Origin: a virus
Taxonomy: Duplodnaviria; Caudoviricetes
Reading direction: 5' to 3' (one strand)
Length of the DNA stretch: 64,000 nucleotides
IMG/VR virus record: IMGVR_UViG_2061766007_000705
Shown in pieces: positions 47,201-56,997 of this stretch. The position numbers were made by a program, and so were the translations under genes. Position 1 is the stretch's first letter. Every line of letters begins with the position of its first letter. The notes beneath the pieces are model-generated. The model was given only the letters and a program-made list of their open reading frames with translations. It made no database searches and was not told the DNA's origin.

Positions 47201-50200
47201 TCTTTAATTTCTGGATTTGCTTCAAGTTCATCAGCAATTTCGGAAATCATATTACGCACACCTTGTTTAGTAGATTCGGTTGCATTTTCATCTAAATGAA
47301 TTTGAATACCCATATCGGTTTGTTGAATTACATCTTCTAAACCTTCTAAATTTTCAAATATTTTGAACATATTAGAAAATGAACGACCATTGGTAATTTG
47401 TTCTTGAGTATTTTGTAATTCTTCTACAACTTTACCATTAGCATCAACCCATTTTTGTGATTGTTCATCAAATGTGGCATTCAATTCATCTGCTCTCATT
47501 GATAAAAGCGCATTAAGTTGTTCTACTTTATCAGCATAAAGTTGTGCATTACTAATTGCACCAGATTCCCATTGCTGATATGCTTGATTACCCAAGTCTG
47601 TAATTGTACTTAATTGTTCCTTTTGTAAATTTAATGCACTCTTGGTATCATTTTTATTTTTACCAAGATATTCATCTGAATCAAAATTATTGGTTAAATC
47701 GGCAATCTTACCAAAAGCATTATCCAAACCTTCAACACCATCCGATGAAAGTTGTGTATTAATATCCTTTAATCCTTCTGCAAAATTTTTAAGACCAGTT
47801 TTTGTAGCATTATCGCTAATTTCATCTAATATTGTATTAGATTCATCAAGTCTTTTCTTTAAAATGGTATTAATACCTTCTGTTGTCATAGCGGTAACTT
47901 CGCCATACTTCATTAGATATTCATTCCACTGTTCCCATTGCGAAATTAATTCTTTATATTCATCTGTGCTTTCATCAGGTGCATATTGAAAAGCTGTGGT
48001 AAAATATTCATTGGTTTTAGATATAAAGCCATCAATATTTTGTTTTACCTTAATATAATCACTTTGTTCATCTTTTGATAATTCATCACCTTTAGCAATT
48101 TTTTCTTCATATTTTTCCTTTTGCTGAATCCATCTATCAAATTCACCAGTACCAGTTGTTTCACTATAACCACCAAAGGCGTGTATGTTTGGTCCTGTAT
48201 TTTCATTAAAAAATTTTGCAAACTGTTGCTTTATTCCTAATTGAGCAGTATTATATGCTTCTTGATTTTTTAATTCAATTTCTTCTTTAAGTAATTCAAT
48301 ATTCTTTTCAAGAAGTTCTTTTTGAATTTGTAATTTTTTTAATTCATTTTGCTCAACTAATGTAGGAGAACCAATATTATTTAATTCATTAATTCTATCT
48401 TGAATAGTTTTTAATTCATCCGAAGCAGTATTAAGTTGATTATTAACTTCTTCTTGTTTTTCATTAATTCTATCAAGTTCTTTATCTACAGTTTTAGCAG
48501 TTGCACTATAGACACCTATAGCAGTCATAAAGGTTACAACAGTTGTTAACATACCTACAGGTGATGCTAAGAAATTAACAATACTTAGAGCAGTATTTTT
48601 TATTAATCCACCAAGACCTTTAAGAATGCCACCTTGTGCAACTAATTCTTGATTTTGTACTGCAATTTGAATAGTTTTTGCTTCTTCGGTAGTTAATTGT
48701 TCTTTTCCAGTTGTAGTAAGTATTTTTTCAGTAAGAATTTGAATTTGTTCTTGTTTATTTTTACCACGAAGTAAAGCCAAATCTTTTTCATCTAATGCAA
48801 CATCAAATTCTTTAAGTACCTTATCTTTAACACTTAATGCATATTCACTTTCTGTAAAAGCAATAATCTTTTTCTCTTTCAATAATTTTTCATCAATTAA
48901 TTTATTAGAATAAGCATCAAGAACAAGTCCTTCTTCTTTAAGTTTATTTAATTGAGCAGTATCATCCCAAATTTTAACTTGTTGTCCATTGACAGGTATA
49001 GTTGCATTTTGAAGAAATGTTTTTTGTAATGATTTATTTTTCATTTGATTAAGTTTATCAACAAAATCTTCTGTCGTGGCATTACTAAGAATTTCACCAC
49101 CAAATGAAACATCACCTAAAAGTTTAATTTGTTTTACAAATTCAGCAACTTTTGGAATTGCAAATTTACTTCCTAATACTGCTAAACCAGTACCTAAAGC
49201 AACTAATGGTGCTTTTACTTCAAAAAGACTTTTTGTTAATTTACCAAAAGCATTTGCTAAATCAAGAACAAATTTAACCGTTTCTTCAAATCCTTCTTGA
49301 TATACTATTTCTTGGAATGTTGCTTTTAATTGATTTGTTTTTGCTTCAATAGATTGTAAGTATACTTCATATTTTTGTGCAGTATATCCAGTAGCTTCGC
49401 CAGCATCTTCAATGTGTTTCTTAACTAAATCCCAATTTTCCATAATAGCTAAGAACATTTCCTTCTGACGTACGCCTGCCATAGCAGTAGCAATTTGTTG
49501 ATTTTGTACTTCGGTATTTTCTTTCCATTTTGCAGAAAGTTGGTCGAGCACATCAAACATTTCATAAATGTCGCCTTCAGTATTTCTAATTGAAATACCA
49601 AATTTATTTAATACTTTTTCAACATCATTAATTGCTTCGCCTTCATCGTCAATATTCTTACCAGCTGCAATATTACTATATCTTGCAGTAAGTGTTTTAA
49701 TACTTTCACCAATGGTGCTTGCACTTCTACGAGTTGTTTCGGAAACTGTAGTAATAATAGAAGCAAGTTCTTTCCACTCTATACCTGCTACTCTTGATGA
49801 GTTTGCAGAGTGTTGGAAAGCCTCAGCAATTTCTTGTGCGGAAGTAGCTGCGGTTACGTCTAATTTATTAAATACGTCTACAACTTCTTCTGCTTCATCA
49901 GCTGTTAATTTATAACCATTGAGAACTGCAATAAGTTTTTCAGAAGCATCATCAGAACTCATACCTGAAATCTTACTAAACATTGTAGAGATTTTTAACA
50001 ATTTGTTAGTATCTTCTACAGACATACCTGCTCTTAACCAAGTTTCAGCACCTTGAGCTACTGCATCTACAGTAGAACCAAGTTCTATAGCAAATTCTGA
50101 ATATGTCTTTTTAAGTTGTTGCATTTGCTCATTGTTGTAATTAGTAACCATCTGAAGATTAGTAAATGCTTGATTCAATTCATTTATTGTACTAATTGCT

Positions 50201-51351
50201 TGTTTGAATGAGTTAATTGCAGTCCATAAAGTTCTATATACAACAGTATAGTTTACAATACGAGCAGCTGCATCTTTCCAACCTGAAGCAAGGTCTTTGA
50301 AGAATGTCTTAGTAATTGAAGAAGTAGCTGCATACTGTTGTCTAACTAATTTTAATCCATTAAGAGTTTGTTGTTTTACATTATCATATTGTGCTAAAAC
50401 TCTTTGTGCGTTTTCAACTTCACGTTGAGCATTTGCATATTTACTTTTAGAAACACCTTTTTTTCTAACTGCTTCGCCATTTTCATCTTTAATTTGCATA
50501 TTGGATAAATTATCTTGAGCAATCTTTAAACTTTCTTGTGCTTCTTGTTTCATTAAATCAAGATTTTGAATTCTTAATTTAATTTCTTTTTGTAAATCTG
50601 CAATATATGTTTTTCTTTCAGTAGTTTTATTGCCAGTTTTAGACATTTGAGTTTGTGTTTTAATTAACTCTTTTTGTAATTTTAATACTTGCTCTTGTTC
50701 AGTTTGATATTGTATTATATTACGATTTGCATTTTCAAATGATAAACCAAAAGCATCATCATATCTTTTGTAATCAAAAGCTTCAGCTGCTTTTGCATAT
50801 TGACCACCCATTGATTTAAGGTCAGTAAGCATTTTATCAAATTCTTTACTTAACTCATTATATCTTTTTTGTAGAATAGTTGCATTTTTACTATCCGCTT
50901 CAACTGGTAACAAGCCCTCTTTTTTCATTTGTTTGGAAACATCATTAAGTTCTTTATATTTAGTAGCGACATTTCCAATTTCTCTTGTATAAATTTTTGT
51001 TTGATTAATGGTATCAGTCATTACGCCTACACCCTTTTTATTAAAGTTTGTAAAAGCGTATGTCATACCATTAATGGTCATAGTCATAGATTTGATACTT
51101 CCATCTGTAGCATCAATTATTCTCTGTACAGAGGTAACTTGACCTGCAAATTTTTTAGATAATTCAATTTTAGAAGCTTCTGACTTTATCTTATGTAATT
51201 GTTCAAAAACTGATTTATCAATACCATATCTTAACTTAAATTCTCTATCACTAACACCAGCCTCAATTGATTTAGCAGCTTGGTTAATTACTTGGTCTAT
51301 ATTAGATTTAAATATAATTTTAAAATCTTCTCCCATAGTAGGCATAATCAC
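44224..51351 (-). CDS. Tail tape measure protein (TP901-family core)
   Basis: 2375 aa, mostly helical; core region ELNQAFTNLQMVT...SETTRRSASTIGESIKT...AGVRQ. Confidence 0.92.
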   Translation of the reverse strand: MIMPTMGEDFKIIFKSNIDQVINQAAKSIEAGVSDREFKLRYGIDKSVFEQLHKIKSEASKIELSKKFAGQVTSVQRIIDATDGSIKSMTMTINGMTYAFTNFNKKGVGVMTDTINQTKIYTREIGNVATKYKELNDVSKQMKKEGLLPVEADSKNATILQKRYNELSKEFDKMLTDLKSMGGQYAKAAEAFDYKRYDDAFGLSFENANRNIIQYQTEQEQVLKLQKELIKTQTQMSKTGNKTTERKTYIADLQKEIKLRIQNLDLMKQEAQESLKIAQDNLSNMQIKDENGEAVRKKGVSKSKYANAQREVENAQRVLAQYDNVKQQTLNGLKLVRQQYAATSSITKTFFKDLASGWKDAAARIVNYTVVYRTLWTAINSFKQAISTINELNQAFTNLQMVTNYNNEQMQQLKKTYSEFAIELGSTVDAVAQGAETWLRAGMSVEDTNKLLKISTMFSKISGMSSDDASEKLIAVLNGYKLTADEAEEVVDVFNKLDVTAATSAQEIAEAFQHSANSSRVAGIEWKELASIITTVSETTRRSASTIGESIKTLTARYSNIAAGKNIDDEGEAINDVEKVLNKFGISIRNTEGDIYEMFDVLDQLSAKWKENTEVQNQQIATAMAGVRQKEMFLAIMENWDLVKKHIEDAGEATGYTAQKYEVYLQSIEAKTNQLKATFQEIVYQEGFEETVKFVLDLANAFGKLTKSLFEVKAPLVALGTGLAVLGSKFAIPKVAEFVKQIKLLGDVSFGGEILSNATTEDFVDKLNQMKNKSLQKTFLQNATIPVNGQQVKIWDDTAQLNKLKEEGLVLDAYSNKLIDEKLLKEKKIIAFTESEYALSVKDKVLKEFDVALDEKDLALLRGKNKQEQIQILTEKILTTTGKEQLTTEEAKTIQIAVQNQELVAQGGILKGLGGLIKNTALSIVNFLASPVGMLTTVVTFMTAIGVYSATAKTVDKELDRINEKQEEVNNQLNTASDELKTIQDRINELNNIGSPTLVEQNELKKLQIQKELLEKNIELLKEEIELKNQEAYNTAQLGIKQQFAKFFNENTGPNIHAFGGYSETTGTGEFDRWIQQKEKYEEKIAKGDELSKDEQSDYIKVKQNIDGFISKTNEYFTTAFQYAPDESTDEYKELISQWEQWNEYLMKYGEVTAMTTEGINTILKKRLDESNTILDEISDNATKTGLKNFAEGLKDINTQLSSDGVEGLDNAFGKIADLTNNFDSDEYLGKNKNDTKSALNLQKEQLSTITDLGNQAYQQWESGAISNAQLYADKVEQLNALLSMRADELNATFDEQSQKWVDANGKVVEELQNTQEQITNGRSFSNMFKIFENLEGLEDVIQQTDMGIQIHLDENATESTKQGVRNMISEIADELEANPEIKDAVLENTGLTLDELRKIANGKTNLTNADIQKKINTMLSNIQTNSDSTWNKVRQSIKSKFNSVFEWIKGTAHRYGTLTGDLWAQGFIDSVNKISVAEDEKQQEHLMHLTMMRNKKKDTTTPTTETGDEENDGNSSTSKTTKEDVLKEWDSFLKAQKHLIKLSEYKQEKLEVGKPAYQEEYEKQIQLYQSIMNRAHEEADKLRKKGYAESSEEITELQERWWEAENKIADLRLKKLKDAYDYNEKRLNQELSALNTIKSTAVLGSTDWIQANTKSIQLAETAAKNAYEYMRKLKALDPVRYANEIADAWGKVIDNYEKSYDLAKEYQNTLSKLPEIIDDLVDYEKITPLEKSKDVITQLGEYRVQILEMEKSANDELLAGNEELSAIYRSNASWLQSVVDSAEKRLQTAYSLENTEEKITALNELQNALKMADARLQERKVSAIKEEIRLLQGQKNKRVYSDKLGWHWEADQGDVQSKQTQLVEQQTDARVKLIDTEIDAWKDYVQLYQDVVDKQKRFEDDLTLNATLGKNAREKILKEAEKSLTTITQNTNKAIKNELDGLVVQIDSKTGEVINVVNTTADGVKTKISATESDISNILTRGMTTFDTVLNSQSSKFNTFADKFVDACNRAKKAYEELLGMIAQYELQEQMEAESTNWIKALNGTGITQGWTANGGSDGVTQKVASTKQSTISDNSGSSVKVHLMPQGGDTLTNVKDGEVVVTGGGIFMKQGSGSVKIADLSNFTNNGQSTITDANYNDLYAVYDKVVATLNNAASETSRRNEANQSAYGNASVQNYNTGNTNNNSNTGSGNRSGSSSSGSSSSSGGGNYNVGSAAGLAFIGSAPAGSQQKMSDGSTWTKNSDGSTTITKNGKTYSTNDGSIKYDSGGVLYGLGGIKATTENEIVIPPDVTKKMLEPSANIDFQKRLSELRYLYGSSSLFDMLKLQSIPNTAIGNNTNTTNNSDNSVNISTMNVTCKDANDFISQMRNLVAVLN

Positions 51352-51363
51352 GTTACCCCCTTT

Positions 51364-51906
51364 CTATAAAAAATTAAATTCTCTTGGCAAAAACATATCT
51401 GCTAATGTTTCTGCATCACTAAAATTATCACTATGATTTACATACCATTGTTCTATTGTTTTCATATTATTAGACATATACCTTTCTGTAGCATCAGTAT
51501 ACTGTATAGGCTCTCTCCACGTAGTGCCTTCTTCATCAATCCATTGTGGTAGCATATTAGCAACACTCGTACCCCCAAATGTTGCGTGAGCATTAAACAT
51601 ACCACTACCATCTTCACTAAATATAGCATTAGAATTACCACTACTTTGATTAAGATGTGCTTTCATTTTACGTGCATCAATTGTCACACCCCAACCTCTT
51701 GATGTTCTATTTACAGTAATTGCATTAATAAATTCATATGTTCTTTCATACCATTCTGGTGTGTATGTAAGATACCATTCTTCCCAAATATAATTACTCA
51801 TAAAATTAGATGCTACACAGGCACAGAAGTGCTCAAATGGTTCACCAAACCGTTGTAATGCATCCACTAAATCTGACATATTTCTTATATTACGTCTATT
51901 TGCCAT
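51364..51906 (-). CDS. Tail-module protein
   Basis: YTPEWYERT motif; position before the tape measure. Confidence 0.55.
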   Translation of the reverse strand: MANRRNIRNMSDLVDALQRFGEPFEHFCACVASNFMSNYIWEEWYLTYTPEWYERTYEFINAITVNRTSRGWGVTIDARKMKAHLNQSSGNSNAIFSEDGSGMFNAHATFGGTSVANMLPQWIDEEGTTWREPIQYTDATERYMSNNMKTIEQWYVNHSDNFSDAETLADMFLPREFNFL

Positions 51907-51928
51907 TTGAGCACTTCCTTTCTTTTAA

Positions 51929-52666
51929 TTATTTTTCTTGTGACTGTTGAATTAATTCAACAGAACTATCATAAATAGTATCTTTAATTTTGTTTAATGC
52001 AGGGTCATTATCACTCATAATTTCCATTACATTATTTAATTTATTTACATCTAATGAATTAAATGCTTCAACTGTGTCTTTAGACATTTGATTTAAATCA
52101 GTATTAAAATCAACGTTTTGTACATAATTAAGAGCAGATACATTAGAGTATACTACCATATTATGAGACATTTTTACCCAAGTCTCATAATCTTCAAAAA
52201 CTTTATCATATATATAATTGTAAAGTCCACTCTGCTTAACAATATCATAATTTTCAGAATTAATGTATGTTAATGAATAATCAATATTTGTATATGTGAA
52301 TAATACAAACAAAGTATTAAACATTTCAGTCTGCGCAGCTAATTCGATTGGACTATCTTTAATCTGAATAATTATTTCATTAAAAATATTAAGCCAACCA
52401 CATTTAACATCAAATGTGATATATGTATCAACTTCTACATTTTTATCAAGCCACTTATAAAAAGAATCTTTGGTTTTCTTTTTAGAAATAACTTCTTTAC
52501 ATTTAGTAAGTACTTTATTAAACTCTATTTTATTAGCATCAATGGTATTTGTTGTATAATCTACTACCTCAGTATTTACATCAACCTCGTGTCCTACAAT
52601 TTCTTCAATTGCAATTTTTATATCTTGGTTGGTAAATTCTTCAATATTTTTCTTTTTAGTAGCCAT
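51929..52666 (-). CDS. Putative tail assembly chaperone
   Basis: Position; helical ORF. Confidence 0.45.
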   Translation of the reverse strand: MATKKKNIEEFTNQDIKIAIEEIVGHEVDVNTEVVDYTTNTIDANKIEFNKVLTKCKEVISKKKTKDSFYKWLDKNVEVDTYITFDVKCGWLNIFNEIIIQIKDSPIELAAQTEMFNTLFVLFTYTNIDYSLTYINSENYDIVKQSGLYNYIYDKVFEDYETWVKMSHNMVVYSNVSALNYVQNVDFNTDLNQMSKDTVEAFNSLDVNKLNNVMEIMSDNDPALNKIKDTIYDSSVELIQQSQEK

Positions 52667-52682
52667 AATTTAATCCTTTCTT

Positions 52683-53783
52683 CTATTTCTCATTCTGAAA
52701 ATCTTCTTTTTCTTCATCTTCTAATATCTTTCCGATATTCTTTTCAAGTATTTTATCAAACTTATCAAGGTCTTTATATTCCTTCTCTTCTCTCGAAGTA
52801 TCATCATATACTCGAACCATATCATTACTATGCCAACCCATAATAGCAGTAATAGTTTCATAAGATAAGCCTGCTTTAACCCATTCTGTTACTGTTCTAT
52901 GTCTGCAACAGTGAAAATAAAAATCTACTTTTTCGTGCTTTTTATTAGACGGGTCTAAATAAGTTAAATAATTACTATATCCTTCTTTCCATCTTTGACA
53001 ACGACTAACAGAAATAGGACTGCCATCAATATTTATAAATAAAAAATTATGGTCTTCCACTTTTAACTCTTTAAGAATTTTCTTTCTTTCTGCTTTCCAT
53101 TCATAAAATGCTGGTAAAAATGAATCTTTTAATATGAATTTATAATCCATATAACCATCTTTACCTCTACCTTTACATTTTACCTTTTGGGTTGTCTTTA
53201 AAAATAAACCATTAAAACCAGTGCTATCTTCATCAATCATATCTACTGTGATACGACAAAGTTCACTAATTCTCATTCCAGAATTAATAGCCAACATTAA
53301 GAAACAATATTCTTGAACACTTCTATTCGCCTTTACCCAAGGTAAAAGATTATTAAGTTGTTCATCTCTTAATACAGTTTTAGTTCTAACTGGTGTTTTA
53401 ATCAATCTATCTATTTTAGGAAACAAATTTCTATAATTAGGATATTCATCATCAAGAATATTTTCAATGAATTTACCCAATGAATTTAATGAACTATGAC
53501 AACGATTTTCTCTTGCACCATTCCATTTTAAGTCATCAACAGTATAATTAAAAAAATCCATTATCTCTGATTTACGAATATCTATAATACTTTTATTGTT
53601 ATTATATTTTACATTCCAACAAAAGAAAATATTATAATCAGAACGATAATTTTTAATTGTCATTGGTGAACATTTTGTACCTAAATTTTTAAGATACTTA
53701 TCCATTATTCTTTTATTAATTGGATTAATCTGTGCGATAGTCTCGTCATCAGTAATTTTTATTCGTGTTGTCTGTCTACTCAT
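52683..53783 (-). CDS. Tyrosine recombinase within the tail module (SPbeta YomM-like position)
   Basis: SGMRISE (R), KGRGK, HCCRH (HxxR), MGWHS, RVYDD (Y): catalytic set appears intact; SAM-like N-terminal domain. Confidence 0.88.
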   Translation of the reverse strand: MSRQTTRIKITDDETIAQINPINKRIMDKYLKNLGTKCSPMTIKNYRSDYNIFFCWNVKYNNNKSIIDIRKSEIMDFFNYTVDDLKWNGARENRCHSSLNSLGKFIENILDDEYPNYRNLFPKIDRLIKTPVRTKTVLRDEQLNNLLPWVKANRSVQEYCFLMLAINSGMRISELCRITVDMIDEDSTGFNGLFLKTTQKVKCKGRGKDGYMDYKFILKDSFLPAFYEWKAERKKILKELKVEDHNFLFINIDGSPISVSRCQRWKEGYSNYLTYLDPSNKKHEKVDFYFHCCRHRTVTEWVKAGLSYETITAIMGWHSNDMVRVYDDTSREEKEYKDLDKFDKILEKNIGKILEDEEKEDFQNEK

Positions 53784-53818
53784 ATCAATCCATCCTCATA
53801 TTAAATAATATAATATCC

Positions 53819-54115
53819 TTACACAATAGGTGACACAGATACAATATGGAAACCATTAAAATCTGTATATTTCACTTCTACATATTGTGTATTAAATGTA
53901 CCTTTAACCATATATCCATTGCCACCAATTTCAATGGAAGTTTTATTTCTACTTGGATATACACAAATCACCTTACCGTGTGTAGTTTTTACATCATTTC
54001 TCTTTGGTTCTTCAACTACAGTTTCTTCAATTTCATCTGTTGTAATTTCTTCTGTTACTTCGAAATTACCTTCAATAACATTATCATTATAACGATTCTT
54101 CTTATTCTTAGCCAT
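53819..54115 (-). CDS. Hypothetical protein
   Basis: ORF with AAGGAAGG RBS. Confidence 0.65.
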   Translation of the reverse strand: MAKNKKNRYNDNVIEGNFEVTEEITTDEIEETVVEEPKRNDVKTTHGKVICVYPSRNKTSIEIGGNGYMVKGTFNTQYVEVKYTDFNGFHIVSVSPIV

Positions 54116-54134
54116 TTGTAACCTTCCTTTCTAA

Positions 54135-54323
54135 TTATTTATTAGCATTAGTTTCTATATTACAACCATTCGTTTTATAGAATGCGGAATTTTCAACTTT
54201 ACGTTTCTCCCTACAATAATATGTGTATGGACATATCTGATTAGTAATGTCACACATACCTATTGCTTGAGAGCCACGAGAAGCATCCCGAAAATATTTA
54301 CAGTTACCATTATTATTGTCCAT
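54135..54323 (-). CDS. Small Cys-rich protein
   Basis: CKYF...C...CPY...C...GC; start MDNNNG after GGGAG. Confidence 0.6.
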   Translation of the reverse strand: MDNNNGNCKYFRDASRGSQAIGMCDITNQICPYTYYCREKRKVENSAFYKTNGCNIETNANK

Positions 54324-54364
54324 ACTCTTTCTCCCTTTAAAAACATTCTTAAAAATCAGCAAAA

Positions 54365-54410
54365 AATTAGGGTACGTTTTCGATAAAAATCGGTGAACGC
54401 ACCCTAATTA
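54365..54410 (-). terminator. Terminator after the major tail gene
   Basis: AATTAGGGT...ACCCTAATT stem with a T-run on the minus strand. Confidence 0.7.
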
Positions 54411-54442
54411 TATTTAATTGTATATCAAACTATTTGGTCTGA

Positions 54443-55531
54443 TTAGTTAGTAACCTCTACATTTGCAGTAGCAGTCCAAGTTGTAGGTACAGTAGCACCA
54501 TTGGACAGAGTAGCAGTTACAACAGCTGTACCAGCAGTATCACCCGCAGTAACAACACCAGTAGTAGCATTTACAGTTGTTCCAGTTGCAGTACCTTCCT
54601 CAATGGAGAATGTAAGACCTTGAGTTGGTGCATACGGAGCTCCAGTTACAGGAATTACAAGGCAGTTAACTGTTGCAGTACCAGTGCCCTTTACAATTTC
54701 AATATCAGAGTTAGTTACTACAAATGCCTTAAGGTCAGAATAAGGTTCTTGACCATAGATAGTCTCCTTAATCTGAGCATAGATTTCTGTGGATGTGCAA
54801 CCACCAGAAGTGGAATTGCTATAAGCAAGAGCACGACCACTAAGCGGAGTATTGGAAATACCACTCGAAGTCATCTGAAGAGTAAGAGCAGATGGATTCA
54901 GTTGTACTGTAGGTACTTCAACTTCAATCTCACCAATTACGGAAGAAGAAGAATCAGCCTTACCGCTTTCAGAAGCACCAAGTTGAGCCTTCATAACAAT
55001 TCTAACAATAGAAGGAACAAGATTTGCATCTACTTCCATATACTTAGTGTTAGTATCTTGTACATTGAAGGTTACACAATAAGTACCGTCAGCAATAGAA
55101 CCACTTTTTGGAGCGAATGTAGAACCAGTAAATACTACCTCAGTAGTGTTACCATCTTTATCTTCTACAAAACCCATAACTGCACCAGTTACAAATGCAG
55201 AGTTAACTGGAGTACCAGTAGTTACTGTACCACTATTGCTTGTAACTGTAACAGTTTCGGACACCTGACGGATACCGTTTGCTTGAATAGTAGAACCAAT
55301 AGATGGAGCGAGAAGTTCCATATTCCACTGCTGGTCAGTCAGTTTAATGTTAAACTCAGCAGTGTGGTAATAAACGAACTGAAGTTTATTGCCCTTGCCT
55401 GCTCTTGCATCTTCATTTGAAATAGTAGTTTCAATTGAAGAATCAATAAGTGTCTGTGACTTGAAAAGCAGTTCAGATGTGCCAGTCTTATAGCCGTATA
55501 CGTCAGCTACTGAAAATAAAAACTTTTTCAA
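54443..55531 (-). CDS. Major tail tube protein with C-terminal Ig-like domain
   Basis: High-expression codon usage, T/G-rich Ig-like tail (TVNATTGVVTAG), own terminator. Confidence 0.78.
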   Translation of the reverse strand: MKKFLFSVADVYGYKTGTSELLFKSQTLIDSSIETTISNEDARAGKGNKLQFVYYHTAEFNIKLTDQQWNMELLAPSIGSTIQANGIRQVSETVTVTSNSGTVTTGTPVNSAFVTGAVMGFVEDKDGNTTEVVFTGSTFAPKSGSIADGTYCVTFNVQDTNTKYMEVDANLVPSIVRIVMKAQLGASESGKADSSSSVIGEIEVEVPTVQLNPSALTLQMTSSGISNTPLSGRALAYSNSTSGGCTSTEIYAQIKETIYGQEPYSDLKAFVVTNSDIEIVKGTGTATVNCLVIPVTGAPYAPTQGLTFSIEEGTATGTTVNATTGVVTAGDTAGTAVVTATLSNGATVPTTWTATANVEVTN

Positions 55532-55558
55532 CGCAGTTTCCTCACTTTCTTTTATTAA

Positions 55559-56365
55559 TTAATTTGCTTTCGCTATACCATTAGTATTTGCGAATTTATC
55601 GTAATCAGTTACATTCTTAGTAACGTCATTATCTATCTTTGACAACCAATGTGGCGGTCTATTGGATTCATCAAATTGACCAAATCCACTCATAGATGCT
55701 TGTGTTAAAATTTTATAATTTATCAACAAATCCGAACGCTCTAAGAACTTTTTAAACTTTCTAATGGAAAGTTCTTTTATTGTGTTTATATCAAACCCAG
55801 TCACTAAAGACAAACTCACTACCCTATCTTCCAACGAAGAATCTTCGGCTTGTGAATTCTTTAATGATAAGGTTTTACTTAATTCATACCTTACCCTCGG
55901 GTCGAGTGTAAAGAGAGTTAAATCTATATCATTTTGCATACAAATAATCTGTCTAATATTATCAAAATCTTTTGAATTAATTTTAATTTCATTAAATCCT
56001 AATAAATTACGTCCTTTTTCATCTGTAAAAATCAAAAGTTGATTATTTGCATCAAAAAAATCTATGTTAAAACATAGACTAAGCAATTTGATAACTTGTG
56101 TGTTTAATAATTCTTCTGGATGTTTCGTTGACCTATACAATACATAATCTAAATATGTCATTTGATATATACTTAAATTATCTTTTCCTTCTTCATCATT
56201 GTATTGGTCTAATAATAGACAACGATTACATAAATTAAAATCTACATAATCTTTTACTTTAATAGGAAATATATCAACAAAACCTTCAACACATTGATAT
56301 TTAATTGGTTCATCAAAAGTTATTTCTTTTTCAAAAATTAAATCTAAATGTTCTAATTTTTCCAT
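55559..56365 (-). CDS. Conserved structural-module protein (SPbeta YomV position)
   Basis: Gene order; SIRKF and PPHWL motifs. Confidence 0.5.
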   Translation of the reverse strand: MEKLEHLDLIFEKEITFDEPIKYQCVEGFVDIFPIKVKDYVDFNLCNRCLLLDQYNDEEGKDNLSIYQMTYLDYVLYRSTKHPEELLNTQVIKLLSLCFNIDFFDANNQLLIFTDEKGRNLLGFNEIKINSKDFDNIRQIICMQNDIDLTLFTLDPRVRYELSKTLSLKNSQAEDSSLEDRVVSLSLVTGFDINTIKELSIRKFKKFLERSDLLINYKILTQASMSGFGQFDESNRPPHWLSKIDNDVTKNVTDYDKFANTNGIAKAN

Positions 56366-56391
56366 TTATCAAAGTCTCCTAATCCATATAT

Positions 56392-56997
56392 TTAATCAGC
56401 GACTTTGCAACCGACAACAAGTTTAATACCGCAATAGTTACGATTGTTATAAAGACCAAATTCTACTTTAGTTTTATAACCACCATCCATATCAAAAAAT
56501 AACCTACCAACTGAACCAACTTCAGCACCATTGAGTGTTTCAAGAACTTGTTGTAAAAGAACTTCTAACCTATTTTCATAAGTTACACTTTTTTGTCCTT
56601 CTTCTTCACCTAAATCACTCATAATCTGAATACACTTCATATGTGTAATTAATTCAATAGTGTAATAAGATGTAGAAGCAACTCTATTGTTTGGAAGAAT
56701 ACTTGATAAATAAATTCTAATCATTGTTTGTGCAACATCGTTTGCATCATCAAGAAATGGTTGTCTAAAAACGCCTCTTTGTGTAGCATCATCTAATACC
56801 CAACGACTACCATCCCAAACACTTCCCTTATAAATTAAATTTTGCTTTTCTTCTAAAGTCAAATTGTTCTTCAATAACGCATCGGTGTCAGGGTACTTTA
56901 ATAACTTCCAAATGATTTCATTTTCAAACAATCTATTGATAATGGCATCGGGAATGTATCTTAATGAAGTATATTTATTATATGTATTAATCTCCAT
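56392..56997 (-). CDS. Putative tail terminator protein
   Basis: IWKLLKY...DAL motif; gene order. Confidence 0.5.
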   Translation of the reverse strand: MEINTYNKYTSLRYIPDAIINRLFENEIIWKLLKYPDTDALLKNNLTLEEKQNLIYKGSVWDGSRWVLDDATQRGVFRQPFLDDANDVAQTMIRIYLSSILPNNRVASTSYYTIELITHMKCIQIMSDLGEEEGQKSVTYENRLEVLLQQVLETLNGAEVGSVGRLFFDMDGGYKTKVEFGLYNNRNYCGIKLVVGCKVAD

